Shown piece by piece: positions 27,900-37,843 of a stretch of DNA of 64,000 nt (positions are counted from its first letter, which is position 1; every line of letters begins with the position of its first letter). The stretch covers positions 104,275 through 168,274 of the forward strand of contig CAVSMG010000019.1 in assembly GCA_963728955.1 (NCBI GenBank), read 5' to 3'. Origin of the DNA: an uncultured Verrucomicrobiae bacterium. Lineage in GTDB: Bacteria; Verrucomicrobiota; Verrucomicrobiia; Chthoniobacterales; UBA10450. Under the pieces are notes generated by a model that worked only from the letters and a program-made list of their open reading frames with translations, was not told the origin of the DNA and did no database searches. Made by a program: the position numbers and the translations under genes.

Positions 27900-28880
27900 T
27901 CAGCGCAAACCCGTGGCCTTGCGGACGCGATCCATGACTTGATCGGCAATTTCATTGGCGCGCTTTGCACCGCGCGCGAGGACATCGTCAATATACGATT
28001 TGTCCCTCAGAATCTCTTCGCGGCGTCTGCGCATCGGCGCGAAATATTCCCAGAGTTTCTCGAAGAGCTCCTTCTTAAAATCGCCGTAGCCGGTCCCGCC
28101 TTTTGAAAACCGTTCGCGCATGTCTGCGATCTCGTCCTTCGACGCGACCAGCGAATAGATCTTAAAGATGGTCGATTGCGTTGGGTCCTTCGGCGCCTCG
28201 ACCGTCGCGGAATCGGTGACGATGCTCATCACGCGGTTACGCATCTCCTTCTCGTCGCCGAAAATGTCGATGTTGTTGCCGTAGCTCTTGCTCATTTTCT
28301 GGCCGTCGTTGCCGGGTACGGTTTCTGTCGCGCCCCGAATACGCGGTTCCGGCAACTTGAAGACCCGACCGTCCGGTTCGGACCGGCCGAACGTTTCGTT
28401 CATTTTCACCGCCAGATCGCGCGTGATTTCGACGTGCTGTTTCTGATCTTTGCCGACCGGCACGACATCGCTGTCGTAAATCAAAATGTCCGCCGCCATT
28501 AGAATTGGGTAACTGAAAAGTCCGACCGTGGGGTTCATCCCGCGGGCGAGCTTGTCCTTGTATGAGTGTGCGCGTTCGAGCAAACCCATCGGCGCCACCG
28601 TTGATAAGATCCACGCCAACTCGGTTACCTGCGGCACATCGGAATGTCGAAAGAGTGTGGCTCGTTCGGGATCAAGGCCGCATGCCAGGAAATCGAGTGC
28701 AATACGCCGGCTGTTTGCGCGCAGCGCTCCAGGCTCGCGCAGACTGGTGAGCGCATGATAATCCGCGATAAAGTAAAGTGCTTCGCCCTCGGCTTGAAGC
28801 GCGATCGCAGGCTGCATCATCCCGAAATAATTGCCAATGTGCAGAGCACCGCTGGGCTGGAGACCGGAAAGAATGCGCAT
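27900..28880 (-). CDS. trpS: Tryptophan--tRNA ligase
   Basis: MRILSGLQPSGALHIGNY (HIGH-type) and KMSKSYGN (KMSKS). The start is placed at 28880 rather than the repeat-encoded extension to 28925. Confidence 0.9.
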   Translation of the reverse strand: MRILSGLQPSGALHIGNYFGMMQPAIALQAEGEALYFIADYHALTSLREPGALRANSRRIALDFLACGLDPERATLFRHSDVPQVTELAWILSTVAPMGLLERAHSYKDKLARGMNPTVGLFSYPILMAADILIYDSDVVPVGKDQKQHVEITRDLAVKMNETFGRSEPDGRVFKLPEPRIRGATETVPGNDGQKMSKSYGNNIDIFGDEKEMRNRVMSIVTDSATVEAPKDPTQSTIFKIYSLVASKDEIADMRERFSKGGTGYGDFKKELFEKLWEYFAPMRRRREEILRDKSYIDDVLARGAKRANEIADQVMDRVRKATGLR

Positions 28881-28892
28881 GGGACTAACTAA

Positions 28893-28922
28893 GTGACCAA
28901 TACCGAATGTCGAATGCCGAAT
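28893..28922. repeat. Short-period intergenic array (CCGAATG/TCGAATG units)
   Basis: GTGACCAATACCGAATGTCGAATGCCGAAT. It is related in inverse orientation to the ATTCGGCATTGG... array at 63961. Confidence 0.5.
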
Positions 28923-29026
28923 CAATTCATCGCCTGAATTGCCCTTGTCATTCGGAATTTACGGTTCGTCATTTCGCTGAGTTCCCGCTGGTAAACCGTA
29001 ACAAGACCGATTAAAAGACATCCGCG

Positions 29027-29989
29027 ATGGCAAAACATTCTCAGCCCGTTTCGGTTGTCACCGGAGGCGCAGGCTTTCTCGGCTCACACTTGGTGGACCG
29101 GCTTTTGGCAGAAGGCCACCGTGTGATCGCTATCGACAATCTGATCACCGGGAACACGGCAAACATTGCCCATCTTGCCGGAAACGAGAATTTCGAGTTC
29201 GCGAAACATAACGTCTCGAATTTCATTTTTGTGCCGGAACAAAGGATCGATTATGTCTTTCATTTCGCGTCGCCGGCCAGCCCCATCGACTATTTGGAAC
29301 TACCGATCCCGACGCTCAAAGTTGGCGCGCTGGGCACGCACAACGCGCTCGGATTGGCCAAGGACAAACGTGCTGCCTTTATTCTCGCTTCCACATCGGA
29401 GGTGTACGGCGATCCTCTGGAACATCCCCAGAAGGAGGATTACTGGGGCAATGTTAATCCGATCGGGCCGCGCGGCGTTTACGATGAAGCGAAACGTTTC
29501 GCCGAGGCGATTACCATGGCATATCATCGCTCTCACCGCGTCGACACCAGAATCGTCCGCATCTTCAATACTTACGGCCCGCGGATGCGCTTGCGCGACG
29601 GCCGCGCAGTGCCTGCATTTATTGGGCAGGCGTTGAGCGGGCAACCCCTGAGCGTGTTCGGCGACGGCTCTCAGACGCGCTCGTTCTGTTACGTATCCGA
29701 TTTGATCGACGGAATCTTCAGGCTTGCGATGAGCGATTTCCACGAACCAGTCAACATCGGCAACCCGCGGGAGATGACGATCAAACAGTTTGCCGACAAA
29801 ATCATCCGGATCACGGGAGCGAAATCCACGATCGAATACAAACCGTTGCCGGTGGATGATCCGAGAGTGCGCCAACCCGATATTAGCCGCGCTAAGGAAA
29901 TCCTCGGGTGGGAACCACGAGTGAGATTCGAGCAGGGGATCAAACAGACGATCGACTATTTTCGGGAATGGCTAAAGGTTGAGAAGTAA
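29027..29989 (+). CDS. UDP-glucuronate decarboxylase (UDP-xylose synthase), SDR family
   Basis: [25 protein letters not shown], the YDEAKR catalytic motif, and [10 protein letters not shown]. Confidence 0.9.
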   Translation: MAKHSQPVSVVTGGAGFLGSHLVDRLLAEGHRVIAIDNLITGNTANIAHLAGNENFEFAKHNVSNFIFVPEQRIDYVFHFASPASPIDYLELPIPTLKVGALGTHNALGLAKDKRAAFILASTSEVYGDPLEHPQKEDYWGNVNPIGPRGVYDEAKRFAEAITMAYHRSHRVDTRIVRIFNTYGPRMRLRDGRAVPAFIGQALSGQPLSVFGDGSQTRSFCYVSDLIDGIFRLAMSDFHEPVNIGNPREMTIKQFADKIIRITGAKSTIEYKPLPVDDPRVRQPDISRAKEILGWEPRVRFEQGIKQTIDYFREWLKVEK

Positions 29990-30104
29990 CATCGCCGTCG
30001 ACACAGCGAGCGAAATCAGCGCGCTCGGGCTGCAATTCAATCACTTACCTGCCATTGCGAAAATTTTTACTGGCGTTTGGGGCGATTTGGTTTTGAGTTC
30101 TCGC

Positions 30105-30719
30105 ATGTTAAAGGGTGCGCTCGTCTCCGCGCTGGGGCTGCTCGGAATTTGTCTCCCGGTTGCAGCGCAGCAGACCAAACATTCTGGGTCGGCGCACCAT
30201 CGTGTCGCAGCCTCCACTTTGACGCCGCTTAACGCGGTTTCCGGTCTCAGCCTTTACAGTCCGAAGATTCTCAGCGCGTCCAATAGTTCCCTTCTCTTGC
30301 AAAACGGGCCAGTGCGAGCCTGGTCGGACGGCGCGCAGTTGATGAACGAGAGTGCATTCGTTCAAATCGGAATAGCGCCGCTCGGCCTGTTTCCTGTCGC
30401 GTATTTGGCTCCGACCGACGTCGGACTTGCGCCAACAAGGAAGCCAGGCGCGGTTCCCGATTCTCGATCGCCCAATTTTGGGACGGATGGAAAGGATTTA
30501 TCCGGGGAAATGGTTGGTTCGCCGTTGAATCAGGTGTATTGCACGGGAGAAGTTGGTTTCATGTACGGGCAATGGAGCGGCAAAGGCAGCGGCGACTATG
30601 TTGGGAGTTATGTTTGGGGCCAGGCCGGCAACGATAAATTCCAGATCACAGCCGGTGCTTCGTTCGAGAATTGGGATGCACGCGGGACAAAATTGCGGGC
30701 TTCCCCTTATTTCCGATAG
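30105..30719 (+). CDS. Hypothetical secreted protein
   Basis: Start placed at MLKGALVSALGLLGICLPVAAQQ (signal peptide). No domain recognised. Confidence 0.5.
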   Translation: MLKGALVSALGLLGICLPVAAQQTKHSGSAHHRVAASTLTPLNAVSGLSLYSPKILSASNSSLLLQNGPVRAWSDGAQLMNESAFVQIGIAPLGLFPVAYLAPTDVGLAPTRKPGAVPDSRSPNFGTDGKDLSGEMVGSPLNQVYCTGEVGFMYGQWSGKGSGDYVGSYVWGQAGNDKFQITAGASFENWDARGTKLRASPYFR

Positions 30720-30847
30720 GTCGATCTGGAAAGGCGCCGCTCAGGAAGCGAATGCCATTCATTTCGCGGAAAGCCGCGGCTGCTTCAGCACTCTATTGTC
30801 AGATCGCGCCATGCCATTTAGCGCGTCGGCTCTGTCCGCCGGAGGCG

Positions 30848-32308
30848 CTAGTGCAGCTTCACATTCTCCCAATGGATCTGAATCGCGTTCCAGGCCGTCC
30901 CACAAAAATCCAGTTCTTGGTATTGATAGTTGAAGGCCACGTTACCCTGGGCATCGAGGCCAACGAGGCCGGTATAAACATACGGGCCGCCAAGGGTGTA
31001 ATCGATGAGGTAGTTATCCGCCGCATCTTCATACACGCTACTGCAGAACGGGCTATAAACACTCGGGTCAGGGTAATAATGCCAGGTCTCAGTCGCCTCA
31101 AAAGCATTGAGATCGATCTGATATTTGCGAGGCGCGCTGTAGGTGCGTGTTTCTCCCGGCGGTTGCTGGAAATTACTGCCAGCGCCATCATCGAAAAGGA
31201 GTAATTGATCGCCTGGCATAGACACAGCATGCTGCCCGATCGGCGGCAATGTGCCCGGGGCCAGGGTGAGAGAGAATGCACGCAGCGACGGAAACTCATA
31301 CCAGTGCTTTGTCGGATCCCCCAGGATCCACTTAATGTTTCCAGAGTCGTAATCAATTGCGATGACGAAATTTTCCCGGCTGGAAACGATGAGTGAGTTA
31401 TCAGAGCTGCGGTAGGCAGTGGCGTTGTTGTGGAACCAATCGGTGGGCGCGGGATAGACGAACAGGCTTGGATCATCCCCCCCAGCAATCATGGCGGCAC
31501 TGATGATGTCTGCAAGCTTCCAGGTCCGGAGCACATTGCCGGCGGCGTCGACCTCCAGATTGACGCTCTCAGTCTGATCGACGGTATCGACATCGAGAAT
31601 CATTCCCTCGCGGCCCGGGTCGATGTTGTGATGGAAGCCGGTGACACCAATACCGCTGTAGTCAGCAACAGGTGTTGTCACCCCATCGAACTCAGTGCGA
31701 AGAAGGGAGGTGCCGGAAGTGACGTAGAATGCATTGTCGAAGAGGATGCAGTTCTGCGCGCCTACTCCCGCCGTGCCGACCCATCGGATTTCGGCGTCAC
31801 TGTCAATAATGATGGGCGTGTTAGGATCGGCGTAGCTCTTCAGCAGGATGAAGTCGTAGCTCAGGGTAGTGCCTGGTAACCGTGATTGAACGACGGTTGG
31901 ATTGGAATACGTACCTCCGTCATAGGCTGGCGTCGTGATGGCGACGCCGAACCGGTCAATTCGACTGCTAAAATCTAAACTGATCTTTATGCGGTTTTGG
32001 CGGCCGGCGTAGAGACCGAAAACCGGGATGGTGAGATTGCCATTCTGAGAATTGAAATAGCCCCGTGATTCCAAATACGATCGCGCATAGCGGGCCTTGA
32101 CTGGCCGTGCAGCTGACCCCGTTTTCGGCTGAATTCGGAACTGGGCGAACTGGAAGCCCGCAACATCACTGACCTGGGTATTGACAAAGCGGATGAATGG
32201 CGTTGGACCTTCGGACACCTGAATATTTCCAACTACCCGGTCGGGCTGAGCCGCAATTGAAAGCACGGACAGGAGAGCGACTACGGGGGTAATCAATCGT
32301 GAGTTCAT
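30848..32308 (-). CDS. Arylsulfotransferase (ASST) family beta-propeller protein, secreted
   Basis: Signal peptide, then DWFHNNATAY, SSRENFVIAIDYDSGNIKWILGDP and QHAVSM...LLLFDDG, which match the pattern I recall for ASST. Confidence 0.7.
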   Translation of the reverse strand: MNSRLITPVVALLSVLSIAAQPDRVVGNIQVSEGPTPFIRFVNTQVSDVAGFQFAQFRIQPKTGSAARPVKARYARSYLESRGYFNSQNGNLTIPVFGLYAGRQNRIKISLDFSSRIDRFGVAITTPAYDGGTYSNPTVVQSRLPGTTLSYDFILLKSYADPNTPIIIDSDAEIRWVGTAGVGAQNCILFDNAFYVTSGTSLLRTEFDGVTTPVADYSGIGVTGFHHNIDPGREGMILDVDTVDQTESVNLEVDAAGNVLRTWKLADIISAAMIAGGDDPSLFVYPAPTDWFHNNATAYRSSDNSLIVSSRENFVIAIDYDSGNIKWILGDPTKHWYEFPSLRAFSLTLAPGTLPPIGQHAVSMPGDQLLLFDDGAGSNFQQPPGETRTYSAPRKYQIDLNAFEATETWHYYPDPSVYSPFCSSVYEDAADNYLIDYTLGGPYVYTGLVGLDAQGNVAFNYQYQELDFCGTAWNAIQIHWENVKLH

Positions 32309-32611
32309 GCCGTCTTTTTGTCGAACGACACGAGGGAAGTCGAGCTAATTCAGCAATGAAGAGAATGACGCCTTACTGGTGGGAAGGTGGAATCATTCCG
32401 TATGGCAATAAATTAAAACAGGCATCGCTCGGCATTCGGGGGTGATCCATCGTGGACGGAGTTTGAACTCCTCCTTCCGGTAGCGTGCAGCAAAGATTAA
32501 GGCGCGGGTTTTTTACGACTGAAACGGCCTGATCGCCAACGCGCCGAAAGTCCCTTCGGATTAAAAAAATTCTGTCGACTTTCCCGTTGAACCGCCGCTA
32601 CCCTCGCTGGC

Positions 32612-33112
32612 ATGTTCAGTTTGTCGATGTTTTCGCCCTCGGATTGCACAGCTCAGGCCTTAGCCGATTTCGAAAAGCTCGTCACTGAAGGCGGCGCTGT
32701 TAATCCAGAAGGCTTGGCAGAACGCATCCGAAACGCCTCGCGCCTGTTGTTCCTGCGGACGCCAGATAATCAACTCATTGCAGCAGGCGCGTTGAAACAT
32801 CCCGGACCAGAATATCGGAATAAGGTGTTCGCCGATGCGAGAGCAACCGTCTCAGCAGACAAATACCCTATTGAGCTGGGTTGGGTCGTTGTGGCCAAAT
32901 CGCACCAGGGTCGACGGCTCTCGACTCGCATCGTCGGTGAGTTACTCAGTTTCGCGAGGAACGAGAACATTTTCGCGACAACCCGGGCAGACGAACGCGT
33001 TCTGAGTTTCGCGTTCGACTGTGGATTCAAAATCAACGGGAAACCATTTCCGAGCGGTCGCGGCTACGATCTAGTTCTCTATCTTCGCAACGCGCATGAA
33101 TACCTTGTGTGA
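32612..33112 (+). CDS. GNAT-like N-acetyltransferase (weak)
   Basis: ELGWVVVAKSHQGRRLSTRIVGELLSFA resembles GNAT motif A (Q/R-x-x-G-x-G/A). Confidence 0.5.
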   Translation: MFSLSMFSPSDCTAQALADFEKLVTEGGAVNPEGLAERIRNASRLLFLRTPDNQLIAAGALKHPGPEYRNKVFADARATVSADKYPIELGWVVVAKSHQGRRLSTRIVGELLSFARNENIFATTRADERVLSFAFDCGFKINGKPFPSGRGYDLVLYLRNAHEYLV

Positions 33113-33478
33113 CGGTAGCGAGAGCCTGCTCGCCGCCGCGATGCGTTGGCATTTAACGCGAGGGAAGAAAGTAGTAGCGAGCGGGCTTTCTTGAGTTTGG
33201 CAGTGACTTGTGGCGCAGACGAAGTGGCTATGAAACCGTCGGAAATTCTTACGCTAAGAGTGGCCGAGACATTACCTTGATAACTCGGGTCTTACGCGTG
33301 CGCCCGCCGTGACTTGGTCCCACAGGTGTCGGCATTCTTGTCATTCGGCGTGTCGGATGGAGCACTGTTGCCGAGCAATACTAACCTTTGGTACCCCTCT
33401 AATGAGACAGGCATTTATGCGAATTTCGTGTAGTTGGCATCGCGATTGCATTCAATTTCCAAGGTAGGAGAAATCAAC

Positions 33479-34024
33479 ATGACACGAACATCTAAGTCTA
33501 CCTTGGTTTGCATCGCTCTTTTTGGCGCGTTGCTGGCATTCGCCGACACTGCGCGCGCAGTGACGATCGGGAGCTCTAATGAGCTGGGTTTTGTTTTTCC
33601 CGGAATACCATCCAGCAATCAAGACAAAGAAAACTACGTCAACCATCTCATTGGCATGGCCCTTGGTGCGATCGATCTCGCCAATGGGCAAGTCTACCAA
33701 CGCTCAACCAATGCCTTTGGTGGGTTACCGAATGCCGTGTGGGCTCTCAATGGCGCTGGCACCAAAGTCAACCTTGGCGCCGGTAACTTGTACTCATATC
33801 TTTTGGTTACTTATATTGGCGTGGGCTCTAAAGTCTGGTACGTCGGTAATTTAAGTGGGACGATGACCATCCCGGGAGCGTCGTTCCTGACTCAATGGAC
33901 GCTCTTCGGACCAGGCGCGCCTGGCGTTCCAGACGGCGGCTCCGCCGCGATGCTACTCGGTGCGAGCCTTGCCGTGCTTGCCTTGGCGCAGCGCTTCCTG
34001 AAACGACGAGCAGTCGATACGTAA
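33479..34024 (+). CDS. Secreted protein with PEP-CTERM-like (VPDGGS) C-terminal sorting signal
   Basis: RBS aaggtaggag, then the signal peptide MTRTSKSTLVCIALFGALLAFADTARA. The C-terminus is VPDGGSAAMLLGASLAVLALAQRFLKRR (motif, TM, basic tail). Confidence 0.7.
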   Translation: MTRTSKSTLVCIALFGALLAFADTARAVTIGSSNELGFVFPGIPSSNQDKENYVNHLIGMALGAIDLANGQVYQRSTNAFGGLPNAVWALNGAGTKVNLGAGNLYSYLLVTYIGVGSKVWYVGNLSGTMTIPGASFLTQWTLFGPGAPGVPDGGSAAMLLGASLAVLALAQRFLKRRAVDT

Positions 34025-34339
34025 TTGATAATCGGGAAGACGGCCTTCGCACCGCCAGCTTTTCTCGCGCCTGGTTCTGCGGTTGTCGAAGCCAAACGAA
34101 GGAAAGACAGACTCGTGCTGCGATGGCTTGCTGGCCATTAGGCTGACGCTCACTCGAAGGGCAACCGCTCGGCAAAAACCAGAGTGCTGAGCACGAGCGG
34201 GGACGAATGTACCGCTTACCAGGGCTTGGCTCTGCGGAGACTTGAGGCGCGCAGTCGTGTTGTCAATCAGGCGCTCCTTTGAGCTTTAGGGTTGAAATTT
34301 GCTTCCGGATTTGCGAATGGGCATTAGAGGTTTAAACCA

Positions 34340-36109
34340 ATGCCCGCCCCAGCACGCCTGATTTCTCTCAATCTCGGATCTCAAACAATTGGTCTCGCGG
34401 AATTCCGAGTGGCCCATGGCAGTCTGGTCCTCGTAAATTATCGGTTACGCGAAACGCCGTTTGATCCCGAGACTGGCCAGCGGCGTGACCCGCACCTCGC
34501 TGTGACCGACACGGTCGCCGTGTTGCGCGACATGATGCGCGAAATGCAAATTCATGGCGGCCAGGTGAACTATGCAGTGCCTTCGCAATCCGTTTTTGCG
34601 CGCTTTGTAAAACTGCCGGCAATCGACGCGGCAAAGGTCGACAAGATCGTTGGATTCGAGGCGCAGCAAAATGTTCCCTTCCCAATCGACGAAGTTGTCT
34701 GGGATTACCAACTCGTCGGCGGCGGACTAGACGAACAAATTCAAGTGGTAATCGTCGCGATCAAGCGCGACTTGCTCGACGACATCAATAACGCCGTCGA
34801 AGAGACCGGATTGAGAACCCGAATCGTCAGTGTGGCGTCTGTCAGCCTCTACAACGCATTTCGTTACAACTATCCTGACATTGGCAACTGCTCGCTGCTG
34901 CTGGATATCGGCGCGCGCACCACCAACATTCTCTTCATCGAGCCGGGAAGATTTTTCCTGCGCAGCATTCCTCTTGGCGGCAGCACGATCACCGCGGGCG
35001 TTGCCAGGGAATTTAACGAATCATTCGCAGCAGCCGAAGAGCGCAAGAAACGGGACGGATTCGTCGGTTTAGGCGGCGCTTACGCCGAGCCTGCGGACCC
35101 AAATGTCGGACGCGTGTCGAAGATAGCGCGCAGCACCATGACTCGGTTGCATGCGGAATTGATGCGCTCTGTCACGCACTACCAGGCGCAACAGCGGGGA
35201 AATCGTCCGGCCCGCATTTTTCTTTGCGGTGGCGGCGCGGGCATGCCCTACATGCGCGAGTTCTTTCACGAGAAATTTCAGGTGCCGATTGAGATTTTTA
35301 ATCCGTTGCAAAACGTGACCGTGTCGAAGTCGGCGCCAAACCAGGATGTCGCGGCTTCTGCGCATTTGCTTGGTGAATTGGTTGGACTGGCATTGCGCAG
35401 CGTGACCGTTTGTCCGGTCGAATTGAATCTGCGTCCGGCGATCGTCGTTCGCAGGCACGACTTGGAAAAGCGCCGGACATTTTTTATCGCCGCCGCCGCG
35501 TGCATTCTGGTCGCACTACTGGGGTGGTCGGCGTATTACACGCGCGCGGCGCAGGTCGCTCAGCAAACTGCACAAATAATTCGCCAGAAGAACGACACCC
35601 TGCATCTGGCGGAAACGCAGTTGGACAAACTTAAAAAGCAAATTACGGCATTGGATAACGCAGCCACGCCACTTATCGCAGCCGTAAACGATCGCAATTT
35701 TTGGCCGCAGATTTTGGACGAACTAAATTCGCGCCTGCCGGAATCAGATATTTGGATCACGGAACTTGCCGCGACTTCCGGCGGAAAACTGCTTGGCGCT
35801 CCGGAAAAACGCGCCGGGGAAATTGCATCCACTCCTTCACCTCCGCCTGCCGGCAGCATAGCAAAGAGCGCGACTGCCGGGCCGAAGGCCATTGACGGCA
35901 TCAATGCGCACGGGCTTTACCTGTACAATCCGAAACAGCAGGAGATCGTGGTTGATTACCTGCGCAATCTCGCCCAGTCGCCGCTCTTTGCTGTCGATGC
36001 GAGGACCCCCGAACGCTTCATCAGATCCAATTCTGTCCCTAACGACACCGAATGGGCCTTTCCGTACGAGCTTCAGCTCACTCTGCGCAAACCGGCGAAA
36101 ATGCCATGA
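34340..36109 (+). CDS. PilM-like actin-fold ATPase fused to a PilN-like TM/coiled-coil/C-terminal domain (Amuc_1101-like)
   Basis: Intact 589-aa ORF. LNLGSQTIGLAEF..., VPSQSVFARFVKLPA and GFEAQQNVPFPIDEVVWDY fit PilM. A TM follows (FFIAAAACILVALLGWSAYY), then a coiled coil. Confidence 0.8.
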   Translation: MPAPARLISLNLGSQTIGLAEFRVAHGSLVLVNYRLRETPFDPETGQRRDPHLAVTDTVAVLRDMMREMQIHGGQVNYAVPSQSVFARFVKLPAIDAAKVDKIVGFEAQQNVPFPIDEVVWDYQLVGGGLDEQIQVVIVAIKRDLLDDINNAVEETGLRTRIVSVASVSLYNAFRYNYPDIGNCSLLLDIGARTTNILFIEPGRFFLRSIPLGGSTITAGVAREFNESFAAAEERKKRDGFVGLGGAYAEPADPNVGRVSKIARSTMTRLHAELMRSVTHYQAQQRGNRPARIFLCGGGAGMPYMREFFHEKFQVPIEIFNPLQNVTVSKSAPNQDVAASAHLLGELVGLALRSVTVCPVELNLRPAIVVRRHDLEKRRTFFIAAAACILVALLGWSAYYTRAAQVAQQTAQIIRQKNDTLHLAETQLDKLKKQITALDNAATPLIAAVNDRNFWPQILDELNSRLPESDIWITELAATSGGKLLGAPEKRAGEIASTPSPPPAGSIAKSATAGPKAIDGINAHGLYLYNPKQQEIVVDYLRNLAQSPLFAVDARTPERFIRSNSVPNDTEWAFPYELQLTLRKPAKMP

Positions 36110-36474
36110 AAGAGTCAACCACGGATAACACGGATGGATCGTTCACGAAGAGTAACCACGAATGGACACCAATGGACACGAATAGCGAAAAGCTTCTGCT
36201 CAAGGAGGAGGTGTTTCAGGTTGTCGGGTGCGCCATCGAGATTCTCAACACGCTTTGGCATGGTCTTCTTGAGAAGCCGTACGAAAATGCGTTGGTCGCA
36301 GAGTTTTCGCTACGAAAAATTCCATTTACGCAGTCCCGAAAGCTTTCGGGATTGAACTATCTCCGGGTCACAGGTCTCCGAGTTGGCGTGATCCTTAACT
36401 TCAGGCACCGGAAATTGGAATGGGAGAGGATCGCCTTAAAAAATTCGTGTCTATTCGTGTCCCTTCGTGGTTAA
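36106..36474 (+). pseudogene. GxxExxY (PD-(D/E)XK superfamily) protein, internally deleted copy
   Basis: The N-terminus is encoded by decamer repeats (NHEWTPMDTN). The GLLEKPY motif is present, but about 38 aa including the D...(D/E)xK core are missing relative to the copy at 37418. The start overlaps the pilM-like stop. Confidence 0.7.
36154..36472. mobile_element. GxxExxY cassette 1, bounded by 30-bp inverted decamer arrays
   Basis: Left array is AACCACGAATGGACACCAATGGACACGAAT (36154-36183). The right array at 36443-36472 has reverse complement AACCACGAAGGGACACGAATAGACACGAAT, about 27/30 identical. A cacggat-type array precedes it at 36117-36137. Confidence 0.6.
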
Positions 36475-36478
36475 TAAG

Positions 36479-37401
36479 ATGAAATGGTTTCAGCAAAACC
36501 GCGCGCTCGGAACCATTCTGCTCATTTCGGGAAGTTGCATCATCCTCGGCGCAGGTCTGCTTTACTGGAGGTGGAGTGTTTGGAGCGATGCCAAACAGAC
36601 GTTCGACCAGGCCACAGGCGAGCGCGACAGATTGCAGCGTCTCGATCCCTTTCCAAACGACGCGAACTACCGGAAATTGCAAGGCTACCTCGAGAGGTAC
36701 AAAGTCGCACTCGACAAGTTTAAAGACGAGCTAAAAGGCGAAATGGCGCCGGAGCCGGCGACTTGCGCCTAACGAATTCCAATCGCGTTTGCGCCAGGCT
36801 ACCCTCGCAACACAGGACCGGGCGCGCACGAACAATGTCAAATTGCCGGACAAATTTCAGCTCGGGTTCGACGAGTTCACCCGGACAATGCCTGGCACAG
36901 CCGTGACGCCGTTGCTTGGACAGGAACTCTCGCAAGTTCAAATGCTCATTAACATTTTGCTGGACGCGAAGGTGGACGGCATCCTGTCTTTCCACCGCCA
37001 TCCGTTGCCGCAGGAACATGGAGTATCCCCGACGCCGAAACCGCACCATCTCCAGGCCCGGCAGAAGAGTGGTGGCGGCGCGAAAACCTGGCGGGACGCC
37101 CGCGCCTGATTTGATCGAGCGCAATGTGGTCGATGTCACGTTCAAGGCTGCGCCCGGTGCAGCGCGAAGAGTGTTGAACGAAATCACAGGTTCCCGCGGG
37201 CAATTTTTCATCATCCGCACGCTGTACGTGCACGACGAAAAAGACAAAGGGCCGCCCCGCGAGAGAAACGCAAGCCCGACGCCGACGCCAGCCGCCGGGG
37301 CGAGTCCCGGTCAGTCACCCGCAGGCGCGCTGAACTTCATCGTTGGTAACGAGCACATCGAAGTCTCCGCCACGATCGAAATGCTGCGCTTTACCTTCTA
37401 A
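36479..37401 (+). pseudogene. Pilus-locus protein, Amuc_1100-like (N-terminal TM), two frameshifts
   Basis: Sensible sequence runs through frames of ORFs 36467, 36789 and 36916: MKWFQQNRALGTILLISGSCIILGAG (TM) ... KLPDKFQLGFDEF ... VVDVTFKAAPGAARRVLNEITGSRGQFFIIRTLYV ... IEMLRFTF. The family assignment comes from memory of Amuc_1100 and is tentative. Confidence 0.55.
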
Positions 37402-37832
37402 CCACGAATGGACACGAATGCACACCAATAAAGGGGTGCTCTTGTTCAAAGACGAGGTGTTCCAAATTGTCGGGTGTGCCATCGAAGTTCTGAATACGCT
37501 TGGGCATGGACTGTAGAGAAGCCTGTACCAAAACGCATTAGCAGTGGAGTTTGGGCTGAGGAAAATTCCTTTTCGGCAGCAACCGTCTTTCGACGTCGTT
37601 TACAAAGGACAAAAGGTTGGGCTGTTCATTCCTGACGTAATTGCTTTCGATTCGATCGTTGTCGACACAAAGGTAATTGATCGAATCACCGATCACGAAC
37701 GAGGTCTGATATTGAACTACCTACGCATCACGGGTCTTCGTGTTGGCGTAATCCTAAACTTCAAGCACAGGAAATTAGAGTGGGAGAGGATTGCCTTATA
37801 AAATTCGTGTCTATTCGTGTTCATTCGTGGTT
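37400..37832. mobile_element. GxxExxY cassette 2, bounded by 30-bp inverted decamer arrays
   Basis: Left array is AACCACGAATGGACACGAATGCACACCAAT (37400-37429). The right array at 37803-37832 has reverse complement AACCACGAATGAACACGAATAGACACGAAT, about 26/30 identical. The left end overlaps the stop of the upstream gene. Confidence 0.6.
37418..37801 (+). pseudogene. GxxExxY (PD-(D/E)XK superfamily) protein, full length but with an in-frame TAG in the signature motif
   Basis: MHTNKGVLLFKDEVFQIVGCAIEVLNTLGHGL-TAG(37514-37516)-RSLYQNALAVEF... Copy 1 reads GLLEKPYENAL here. Two compensating 1-nt indels flank the TAG. The remainder (PDVIAFDSIVVDTK...LNYLRITGLRVGVILNF) is intact. Confidence 0.7.
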
Positions 37833-37843
37833 AATCATTACCC

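Noticed and set aside
32440-32500. A tRNA-like T-arm (GGAGTTTGAACTCC) might mark a tRNA fragment or an integration site near the GNAT/PEP-CTERM genes.
   Set aside because: No matching acceptor stem or anticodon arm could be folded, and no integrase or direct repeat is nearby.
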